From contig OZ249436.1 in NCBI GenBank assembly GCA_965235115.1, positions 37,884,001-37,948,000 on the forward strand: a stretch of DNA of 64,000 nt, in the 5' to 3' direction. Each line of letters begins with the position of its first letter. Position 1 is the stretch's first letter. The stretch is from Laetmonice hystrix. Taxonomy: Eukaryota. Positions 11,841-24,100 of this stretch are shown here, in pieces. Below the pieces are notes generated by a model. It was given only the letters and a program-made list of their open reading frames with translations, was not told the origin of the DNA and searched no databases. Position numbers and translations under genes: made by a program.

Positions 11841-14800
11841 TAGGCTAGATCTAAGCCGAGGCCTAGATCTATGCCGCCCGTTGTAGGGAATGACCGTGCA
11901 CGGTCATTCCCCCTCCCAGGGCATAACTGACATATTTGTGAATCCGCCCAGGCTGCTTTAGAATTTAATTAGGGGTGCATGTTATACATAGGGCTTGAAA
12001 ATTATCACTTTTGACATGTCATTTCAGACTTATTTTGTGCTCTAAGATGCAGCAAATGCCACCAAATTGGCCTACACCTTAAATTTCAAATTTTCCGGCA
12101 TGCCCTGGACCCCCCATGTGCAACACCGCCATCCAGGGTAAGACGCCCCATTGATCATTGTCTATATCAAAGGATATGCCGAATTAAAACTGGTTAAAAA
12201 TAAAATTAAATGCTTGGGTCCGAAAATGGCGTTTTTAATTGGGCTAAGGTTTAGGCCTACTAGGCGCAGGGTGCCGAAATAGGCCTAGGCATACTTTGGA
12301 TTTTGTCCTGGGGGCTATAGATCTAGACCCCCCATTCCCAATATAACTTTTTAATAGGAAAAGGGGCCAAAGGCCCCCCTCAAAATTTCGGAGCCTCCCC
12401 CCAGTCTGGGCATGCACCTTAGACCCAACTAAAATTCAACATAACAGGTTGGAAGGCCCACATTCAAAAGAAACGAAAATAACAAAATTATAAAAAAGGG
12501 AATCTGCCAGGCTTTTATGGCTTGGATATAGGCCCCAAGTCCGGGGGTGGGGCAAGATGCCTCCAGTATGAGGAAAGACGCCCCTTTGTAATTTTATCCT
12601 AAATAATTATTTTTTAATGTTGTAAAAAGAATACAGCCAAAGCTTATTAGCAATGTGTAGATATGTTTCTTTACACCAAAGAACTACTTATCCTGATAAC
12701 ACGAGACGGCCTGGTAATGCTTTAATTTGACCCTTAAAGGGGTCTGACCCCAGCCTACTCTACGGTAGTTTGTATGTAGTTATATTACGGTATCAGTTTT
12801 TCTTTGACGGCAGGCAGTATGATCATAGATATTGACAAATAATTTGATTTTTAAATTATTTCAAAAAATTCACTAACATCATTCCATTTCATCTTAGAGA
12901 CTTAACTTGTATTCGATTTCTTTTGGTCTGCGCTTTCAGGATAGGGGCGTAGACAAGTGGTAAAATCTGGGGGGGCTATGGATGGTTGTTAACTTGAAGA
13001 CTGTGCTAGAAAACAACCTGGGGCACAAAGGTCTCTGCTGTCCTTTAAAAGTCATGACGATTAGGGTATAGGTATCGAAATTGAAAGTAGGGGAAGGGGG
13101 GGGGGCAAAAGGAATCAGGCGGTAAGAGGAACCACTCTGGTTAGTTCGAAATCTGACCGCCCCTGGCGCTCCTCTTGCCGTGTGTTAATACGTCATAAGT
13201 TTTTGCATTCATGCAGTAGAGGTTCAAGACTAACGTCCACGTAGCTTGAAATAAGGAGCAAAAGTACGTTTTTTTACCTCATTGCTAAAATTTCTGTAAT
13301 AAATTCACATCTCGAACAAAGATCACAGAAGAGTTACTGAAAGCTGTTGATTATGTGTGCGACGTTATAGAAGGTCTACTGAATTCATGAAATGAACTTA
13401 AACTGTTCTGATACGAGATTCCAAAAATAACTGTCAAAGGTCACTTGTGTAATCGACGTGGGTCGGGCAAAAGGAACCGGGCAAGTGGAACCATCACTGG
13501 GCATAGATCTATAGACCAGGGGCCTGTTTCTCCAAAGCGTCGTATCAGTTAGGCTATATACGCCATGCGTATCCTGTCGTTAGTGTTTCTCGACGGCTGC
13601 GCAAATTTGCGCCGTTGCGTAAATCAGGTCTGAATTTACGACGACCAGCGAGGTGACGTACGCAACCGATTCTGAGTGGTTTGTGGAAAGTGACCATTGA
13701 CCAGTGAAGCAGGAAAACATTGGGCAGGTTAAAAGACATGTATACTCAATAAAAGTCCAAATTATGGGTAGAAAAGTGCCAGCAGTAAACTTGATTTTAC
13801 TTTGATTTTCCTCAACATTGTAGCATCATTTGCTTCACTGAAAAACGATGAACATTATTTTTATAAATTTTACGTAATCGAACATAGACTGTACATAGAA
13901 CAGGAAAATGAGAAAGATATAAACTTAGATCTATCGCTTTTCTGATAACGACATTTGGTACCGTATTAATGAATTTGTATCATTTGAATGCACAATCGTA
14001 CCCCTAGTTTCACTATGGGCTACTCTTGCTCAAAATAATGAACAAACATCTTATATGTCAGAACATAGAACCTGTAACAGTTCTATGGTCAGAGACAATT
14101 CTTATGTTCATTTCTAATGTGTCCCTACCTCTGATTTACCCCAGAAAGATTATAGGCCTATGTTCATTATAGACATTTGTATTCATTGTCTGCTACCAGC
14201 ATTAAGTTAACAAACAATATAATCAAATCAATATAATCTCTTGAGTAACATTATGTTCTCCATTGATGGTGTTCCCCAGCTTTCGTTTGGGAAGTTGTTT
14301 TATCAATGAAGGCAGTACAGTCATAGGGGCAGAGTCGCTCATCACAGCGAACATAATATTATAAACTATACATAGAACAGGAAAATGAGATAGATAAACT
14401 TATAAACTTATCGCTTTACTGATAACTGATAACTGATAACGACATTTGGTACCGTTTTAATGAATTTGTATCATTTGTGTCAGTGTCAGCTTATTTGACT
14501 GTGTCTTTAACAACAAATAGGCCTATACAATCCCCAAAGTGGCCTGCCCTGTGATGGTTTAGCCAATCGGGAGCCAGCATTTTTATGTTGTATATCATTG
14601 GTCATTGACATTGGTCTTCTCTATAACATATAACTTTGGACTACACTTGGAAGTGAACTGGAATAAAGTTCATATAGTTGACCAGCGATGGCCGTATCGC
14701 TGAACTATAAACGTTCAGCGATGGTCGGCCGATGGTCGGCCGACGGACTATAGGCCTAAACCGGCCTTAAGAGTTTTACAGATTTCAAAATAGAATAACT

Positions 14801-14996
14801 TCGTTCGTCTTTATCTTAGAGGCTTTATTTAACTTTCATGTGATTTCTTATGCCCTGTGCTTTCAGAAAATGTATAGTTTGCTGCACTTTTAAGGATTTA
14901 AAATTTTCGTCCAACATCGAGTCTTCATGCCATGATGCCATGAGGTGCTGCACACAGTGCAGGTGTACTGAGTAAACGTACGCGCCAGTCACAGTA

Positions 14997-15060
14997 TCAC
15001 GTGATCTATAGTCATGTGACGATCATACGACCTTCACCTTGAGACACCGGCTCACGTGAT
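14997..15060 (+). promoter_or_regulatory. Cluster of CLEAR/E-box (TFEB/MITF-type) motifs upstream of lysosomal gene
   Basis: TCACGTGA (14997), GTCATGTGAC (15011) and TCACGTGA (15052) lie within 170 bp upstream of the ATG at 15164. Confidence 0.7.
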
Positions 15061-15163
15061 CGGGTGTTTACAAGCAGCATCCCGAACACACAGGCAGGGA
15101 GGTAGGAAGAGCCTTCAAGAGGGGATTCATTACTGCCCCAACTCCCGACAGAAAGAAAACATA

Positions 15164-18100
15164 ATGAAGATCTATTTGTCGTTACTTGTAGTCGCGGTTA
15201 GTTGTACATGGTGCGTGCAGTGTAAGCCAGCCGACGCTACCTTCAATCAGGTGCTATTGTCACGTTCGCGGTCAGTGTCAGAGACAGAGCAGTTACTAGA
15301 GTTAGTTGACCTCATCAAGGCATTCAAGCCGAAAAAGCCAGTGTTCGAATCCAAGCTGACGAAGGGACCACACAAACATGTTACACATGACAAGGAACAT
15401 CAGAAAGACGACACTTGTGGCTATCAGGTAAACGTTGTGTGTGTCACATAATGTCTCCCCCCCCCCAACTTAAAGGGAGTCGTAAAATTCATTTTTTTCG
15501 ATTTATGGCAGTCTTAGAAACATATGATTCGCATACCTTGGACTCCCAGTAACATCATGTGAGACTGTTATGGCCCAGCGACCAGTATTTAGTAAGGAAA
15601 ATATGCCAAATCTCTCGCAAATACGTAGCTCAGAATTAGCGAGCGGCCCACAGTATATTTGAGTTGGCCGCGGTCGGGCGATGATGACGCGTGGTCACGT
15701 GACTTCCGGGTGTGGAAGGGAATCTCCCTCTAGTCTAGTGTTGACCTAAATACCGCATGTACACCCGTCACGTGATCACGCGTCATCATCGCCCGACCGC
15801 GGCCAACTCAAATATCCTGTGGGCCGCTCGCTAATTCTGAGCTACGTATTTGCGAGAGATTTGGCATATTTTCCTTACTAAATACTGGTCGCTGGGCCAT
15901 AACAGTCTCACATGATGTTACTGGGAGTCCAAGGTATGCGAATCATATGTTTCTAAGACTGCCAAAAATCGAAAAAAATGAATTTTACGACTCCCTTTAA
16001 GCCAAGGCCAAGCCAAATAAAAACTTAGAATCTATAATATGGATTATGATATCGGATAATCGGGCAGGGGCGGATCCGGGGCCAAGTTCATGAAGTTGGG
16101 AAGGGACAACACAAGGGACAGCAGTAATCTTGAGTTTAATCAAGTACATTACAACGGGCACGGCTAGGATACTATCTTTGATTTCTCTGCATGGTGTCCT
16201 GTATACCATATGTAGGCGGTCTGGCACTTAACAAAGTAACGATTACAAGTCAATAAAAAGAAGATAAAGAGATTCAGATCGAGTAGGGGATTAAAAGAAG
16301 TTAAAAACCATCATTAATTCTGTATTTTGAAATTAGACTGCGTACTTCATCCATCAGCGTATTGTTATACTTTACATTTGATATTTTGCAGACCTGTAAT
16401 CAGGGTAAGGCAAACATGCTGAATGTCCACCTTGTACCACATACACATGATGACGTCGGCTGGATTATGACTGTTGACCAGTATTACTACAAAGGTCTGT
16501 TAAACGTGAATAGTGAAATATTAAATCTTCCACAAGATTTGTGGACTCATAAATCTATGATTCAGTTGGTTAAACGATATCTGTTCTCTAGGCCAAAGCT
16601 GAAGTTATGTTTTACACTGTAGACAGGGCTGCTTGTATGATTTTGGGCATAATTCATACACATTTTCATTTAAGTTCTATTCAATGCTAAACCACATGGT
16701 TAGGAGGTCCCTACACTCACACTACACTTATTTATCCAATTAATTTGTTACTGCTGCAATTTTATATGTCATAATTATTTTCAAAACAAAATTGATTTTA
16801 CATGTTGATTCACATACACTTTAGATTCTGATTTCATGTGGAACTGTTTTTATTTTCATGTTTATAGAGGTACAGTACATCCTCGATAGTGCAATGGTTG
16901 AACTCAGCAAAAATTCCAAGCGTAGGTTCATTTATGTCGAGATGGCATTCTTCTATAGATGGTGGAATGAACAACATGACAGTATGCGACACGTCATCAA
17001 GAGACTAGTGAATGAAGGTGACATGATAATATTATGTATTACACACATTGATGTCTTTATGATGAATCCAGGCCTCGAATTAGAAGTTGAAAGGGGCACG
17101 GCAAAAACTGCTGTCGATACATAAGAATCAACGTCAGATTTTTCCAGGGCAAATTTACGATACAGGTATGGAAAAGGCATGATGGCAAATGCTGTCGATG
17201 CCGTCGTGTAATTCGAGGCCTGTGAACCTACAATGGTTGTAAAAAGAATAATGTATCATTGTTGCAGAAATAATACAACATCATCCTGCAGCCACCTTGA
17301 ATTTATCCTGGGTGGTTGGTAAGATTTAGTGTTAACCTATGATATGTTTTCATATTACAGGTCGCCTTGAGTTTATATTGGGAGGGTGGTGTATGAATGA
17401 TGAGGCATCGACTCATTACAACGCCATCATTGATCAACACACAACTGGCTTCAAGTTCATCAAGGATAACTTTGGCGAGTGTGGCCGGCCAAAGATCGGT
17501 TGGCAGATTGACCCTTTTGGACATTCACGGGAACAAGCTTCACTCTTTGCTCAAGTGTGTTCCAGGAGGGTTTTGTCTTTAAGAAGTTTGAAAAGTTTCT
17601 GTTATAATATATGCTCCTTTTACATGAATCAATTCTTTTATGTATGTTTTTGTCTTTGAAATTTGAAAATCATTTGTCTTAACAGCCAATTTTTGTAGCA
17701 AACACTAGATCACACTGTCAACTTTTTTCTCTCTTAAATGTAAATTTGCATATTGCTATATTCCTACTCAGTTTGGATTCGATGGTCTTTTTTTTGGACG
17801 CCTTGACTTCCAAGACAAAATAACTCGTCAGCACAGTAAGACCATGGAGATGCTGTGGAACGGAAGTCCCAACAACTTGGGTATGGTCGTAAATATAATT
17901 GAAGCATCAAAATCCCACTGATTTCATGTAACTCAAATACTTCTTTCTGCTTGGAAAATGAGAATGAGAAATGTGAAGGGTTACATGGCTGGTGTGTGGG
18001 GTTTGGTTTCCAGAAGGTGTTATAATTGTGTTACTAATTCTGATACAGGTGACCAGGGGGCACTGTTCACAGGAGTTAACTTCAATGGTTACTCACAGCC

Positions 18101-21100
18101 AAGTGGTTTCTGCTATGACATTTACTGCTCAGATTACATTCAGGTAAATTGGAATGAAAGTATAATCTATTCAATCATAATAGTACGAATGTTTGTGCCA
18201 CCACCCTTTACTAAAGGTACACTTGATATGAGTGTATTGTTATTGGTACAGTTACAATGGAGACACATAATAATGGATAATGAAGGATCACACTTTGTTG
18301 AACTTGAAGATATTTCAGGCTGTTATTATGTTTTCTAATCTTAGGATAATGATGATCTTGAGGACAATAACGTGGATGATAGAGTGAAGACTTTCATCAA
18401 ATCTGCCAAGGAGCAAGTAAGTCAGTGACAACTCGATCAAAGTGCATTCTCTGCTTGAAGACATGAGAGAAATTTGTCTACTAGTTCCAGTACCCTCATC
18501 ACGTGGATAAGAAAATATTTAAACACGTTAAATGCCTCATCCTAAACTTTGTGATTGTATTGTGGTTGTGTGCAGGCAGGTAGCTACAGCACCAATCATA
18601 TCATGATGACAATGGGAGGAGACTTCCAGTACCAGGCAGCACACAAAAACTTCAAAAACCTTGACAAACTGATTCAGTATGTCAATGCTGAGGTAAGAGT
18701 CCGATAACTAATACTCTTCTCTCTGTTAGAATATAGTTTGAATCCCGGTACATGTAGATCTTGTGAAGTGTTCAAAAACATTTAGGGATTCTTTGTACAG
18801 AATTTTAACTGTATGCATCCATTCTGCATGTGATTGTCTGAAAGATTAAAAAAAAAAAAATTTTTGTGGTAACAGTAGTATTTTTCAGAGACTAGTTCAA
18901 ATAGTTCTCGTCTGCATTATTATAATACACTGAGTTGTTTTTGTACAGCAAACAAAAGGAAGCAAACTGAAAATGTTTTACTCGACCCTGCCATGCTACC
19001 TATTATGTTATATAATGTGTTTATTATAACTTATTGTGTTATATAATATAATGCACCAAGTTATTTTTGTACAGCAAACAAAAGGAAGCAAAGTGAACGT
19101 GTTTTACTCGACGCCGTCATGCTACCTACACGCCCTCCACCAGACCAACCAGACATGGACCACCAAGTCGGATGATTTCTTCCCATACGCTCACCGTAAC
19201 CACACCTTCTGGACAGGATACTTCACAAGTCGGGCATCTCTCAAGGGATATGTCAGACAGGCTAATAATATCTTCCAGGTATTGTGCTGTCAATATGGCA
19301 TCATCCTACATTAGTAAACAGTACATGTTATTGTCAGACATTATTAGAAATATTAGAAGTCTTTTTATGATAATTTTATATTGTTTCAGGCATGTAAGCA
19401 GTTGGATACACTGACACAGCTTGAGGCAAAGTATGGCAGTGACCTCAAGATTGACATACTTCGTAAGTATAGATTGGCATGCTTTTTATAATGCATACAT
19501 TATATTCTGTGTCCAGTATTAGTCAGTGGAATTAACGAGGTCATATTATAATTCACCCTATAAGACCTATGACGCGTGATACACAGACATTGGAGGTTGT
19601 GTGCTTTAAAGTCCACTTGATTTGTTTCTCTCAGGGAGAGCCATGGGAGTGGCCCAACATCATGATGCCGTCAGGTAAGGACCTTTGTCAAATATGAAGG
19701 TTAAACATAAACCAATAATATTTGATGATCTGATATTGGGATTCAAAGAACCACGTAAAATCACTATTTATTCTAGAAGAACTAAACTAAGTAACAGTAT
19801 ATATTTTTCAAAAAGTAAGGTATTTCTGCCCATTATTTGTTGGAGTCTTTGCCCAAAAGTTTGATACTAAGGAGGGAAGTGTCTAAATAACTTTGTAATA
19901 TTGCATTTTATCTGGTGTTATAGTGGTACAGAGAAACAAGTTGTGGCTGATGACTACACAAAGAGACTCTCAGAGGGGGTCACTGCCTGCCAGGTTTGTG
20001 GTCACATAACCAAACCAAGAATACACATGTAACATTTTGGATTTTTAAAGTCTCAGATTTTAAATAAATAATGTGCGTGAATGGGTCTCATGTATAATCA
20101 GTTGATGTCTTTCTCATAGAAATACCGAGGATATGCAAATCTGTTCTAAATGAAAATGTTGTGGACAAGTGGTTAATTGTTTTGTAAGATCTGGTGATTT
20201 TTTCAGGACGTGATAAACTACGCGTATGGAAACCTTCTCCCCAAGGGAACGGGAGTTATTCCATCGCAGATCTTCTGTCCTCTTACAAACGTCACCTATT
20301 GTAACGTCACGGAGACTCATTCACAGGTAGACAACGTTAGGTGTTTGTGATAGTAATGGGTGTCATTCCGTCACAGATCTTCTGTCCTCTTACAAACATC
20401 ACCTATTGTAATGTCACAGAGACTCATTCACAGGTAGACAATGTTAGGTGTTTGTGATAGTAACTGGCGTCATTCCATCACAGATCTTCTGTCCTCTTAC
20501 AAACATCACGTATTGTAACGTCACAGAGACTCATTCACAGGTAGACAATGTTAGGTGTTTGTGATAGTAACTGGCGTCATTCCATCACAGATCTTCTGTC
20601 CTCTTAGGGCCCCTTAACACACACAGAGATTGTTGGGTGACCATTGAGCAATCAAAAATTGGCTCCATCTCTCAACGATCTCCTAAAGCCTCGAAAAAGC
20701 CGTTTCTGTGTAAATGTTTGGGAGATCCTAATGCGCTCGTTGTGCGATCAAAAATGCTTTTTTTCGCCAACTTTCATGGCGATCTATAGAGATCTTTGAG
20801 CGACCTTGGCGATCATTGAGTGCTCATTGAAAGATCCTTGAGATATCAATAGAGACTAGGCCTCCTACAGCGACCATTGAGAGTTTGCTGAGAGCTTGTT
20901 GTGCGACAAAGATCTACGGAGGTCCCTGAGAGACCAGGAGAGATCACTGAGAGACCAGGAGAGATCTCTGAGGGATCATTGAGAGTTCCATGGGCGACCA
21001 AGGAGGTTGCTGAGCTTCCCATCGCCGCGGCAATCTCCCCCCCCCCATCTCCCAATGAACGCTCAACAATCTCTTTAGTGGAAATTGATCACCCGATGAT

Positions 21101-24100
21101 CTCTCGGCGATCTCCAGCGCGGTCTTTCAATGAACTCTATTGGTCTTTCATCGCTCACTGATCTCTCAGCCATCTCTACCTTTGGAGGGGGGGGGGGAAT
21201 TGACATTCATTGAAAGATTGCTGAGAGATCATTGGGAAATCATTGAGTGCTCCCTGAGAGCTACTTGAAGGTTCGTTGAGGGTTCGTTGAGAGATCGCTT
21301 CTCTTGGCGATCGTTGACAGATTGTTTTGGACTGGTCAAAACTTTGAGAAGACTGTGGCAACCATGGAGATCACTGGAAGATCATTTAGAGCTCATTTAG
21401 AGATCTTGGCGATCACTGGGCACTATCTCCTTTGTTGAGAGATCTCGCCATTTCTTCATCGCTCAACGATCTCTCAATGATCGTCATCCCTGTGTGAAGG
21501 GGGTATTACAAACATCACGTATTGTAACGTCACAGAGACTCATCCCCAGGTAGACAATGTTAGGTGTTTGTGATAGTAACTGGTGTCATTCCATCACAGA
21601 TCTTCTGTCCTCTTACAAACGTCACCTATTGTAACATCACAGAGACTCATTCACAGGTAGACAATGTTAGGTGTTTGTGATAGTAACTGGCATCATTCCA
21701 TCACAGATTTTCTGTCCTCTTACAAACGTCACCTATTGTAACATCACAGAGACTCATTCACAGGTAGACAATGTTAGGTGTTTGTGATAGTAACTGGCAT
21801 CATTCCATCACAGATTTTCTGTCCTCTTATAAACGTCACCTGTTGTAACGTCACGGAGACTCATTCACAGGTAGACAATGTTAGGTGTTTGTGATAGTAA
21901 CCTGCATCATTCCATCACAGATCTTCTGTCCTCTTACAAACGTCACCTGTTGTAACGTCACAGAGACTCATTCACAGGTAGACAATGTTAGGTGTTTGTG
22001 ATAGTAACCTGCATCATTCCATCACAGATCTTCTGTCCTCTTACAAACGTCACCTGTTGTAACATCACAGAGACTCATTCACAGGTAGACAATGTTAGGT
22101 GTTTGTGATAGTAACTGGCATCATTCCATCACAGATTTTCTGTCCTCTTATAAACGTCACCTGTTGTAACGTCACGGAGACTCATTCACAGGTAGACAAT
22201 GTTAGGTGTTTGTGATAGTAACTGGCGTCATTCCATCACAGATCTTCTGTCCTCTTACAAACGTCACCTATTGTAACGTCACAGAGACTCATTCACAGGT
22301 AGACAATGTTAGGTGTTTGTGATAGTAACTGGCGTCATTCCATCACACATCTTCTGTCCTCTTACAAACGTCACCTATTGTAACGTCACGGAGACTCATT
22401 CACAGGTAGACAATGTTAGGTGTTTGTGATAGTAACTGGCGTCATTCCATCACAGATCTTCTGTCCTCTTACAAACATCACCTATTGTAACGTCACAGAG
22501 ACTCATTCACAGGTAGACAATGTTAGGTGTTTGTGATAGTAACTGGCATCATTCCATCACAGATCTTCTGTCCTCTTACAAACATCACCTATTGTAACGT
22601 CACAGAGACTCATTCACAGGTAGACAATGTTAGGTGTTTGTGATAGTAACTGGCGTCATTCCATCACAGATCTTCTGTCCTCTTACAAACATCACCTATT
22701 GTAACGTCACAGAGACTCATTCACAGGTAGACAATGTTAGGTGTTTGTGATAGTAACTGGCGTCATTCCATCACAGATCTTCCATCACTTATTGTAACGT
22801 CACAGAGACTCATTCACAGGGAGACACTGTTATAGATGATAGAAATATGATTTTTGGTTAAGCTGGTCATCCTATGTTATATTTCATACTGTGAAGACGA
22901 GGCAAAGCCAACCATTTCTTTGTTATGCTAGGTAGGTTACCTGTTGAACTTGAACCATCTGAAAGGTATCCTTGACATGTAATAAGATGATAGTGAAGGT
23001 GATAAGGAAAGAAACCCAAGCTGTGGATCTTCCAGAGTTCTTGGTGTAACTTGCCTCCCAAAACGTATAAACCAGAAGAAGACAAAACTCAGAGAAAATT
23101 AGAGGAAATTAACTATGATATAGTTGAGCTTTATGTAAGCAGGATTCTCTTCTGGCGCTTGGCAGTTCACTATACTGTGAGCACAAGTTATGTATGAGGA
23201 GGTTCAGCATTGTGTCATATGGATAATGTCAAATGTCATAAGTTGTGAATGAATTCTTGGTCAGGATTTATTATTTTCTGTCGACAGTTTACGGTAATCG
23301 TTTATAACCCAGTGGCCCGCCCTATGTCCCACTGGGTCCGGGTGCCCGTCACTGGCTCTGCCTACACTGTCATGGATGCTTCCTTGAAGACCGTCACTTC
23401 CGAGGTCAGTTTGAGAATAATCTATTTAATGATCTGTAGATTAAAACAATCAGTTTGAAAGTTCGTACTTAAATGTGTTCCCATAAGAGATTATTGATCA
23501 CGGAAATCCTGACGAGGATGGCCCTCAGAGTATAGTCCATCTGTTTGCCGCCAGGTGGTGCCCATAAGCCAGCAGACCAGAGATATTCCCGCCCACAGCG
23601 GAAGCAAGGCAACGGGAGAGCTGGTGTTTGGGGCGCCTCTGCCGGGGCTCGGCTACACCACCTTCTTTGTGACAGCCAAGAAAGGTATGTTTGTACAGCA
23701 GGGTCTACCTCCAGGTACCGGGCCAGGCCGACGTTGACGTTGTACTATATTTATAAGCGGTTTGGGAGGGTCCGAGGGTGGGGGTTGATAGGTTACCCTG
23801 AAATGGTTATGAGAGAGGCGAGATAGGAAGGTGCTGCAGGTAGCCTCATCAGTAGAACCTTGTTTCTGCTTACATAGTATGTATAGGTACAGTAATTATA
23901 GTTACGTGTTATTGTGTATTACACCAGGTAGTGCCCAGATATTGAAAGTTGAGAAACCAGCCGTAAACGAGGACACTGTCATTGAGAACCAGGTCAGTAG
24001 ATGTGTTACTACTCCTGTGTACTGTAACGTTCCTCAAACATTCATAGTACTTTGTAAGTTTTACGACGTCTCCCTAGAACAAGAGCTGGCGAACAGTATT

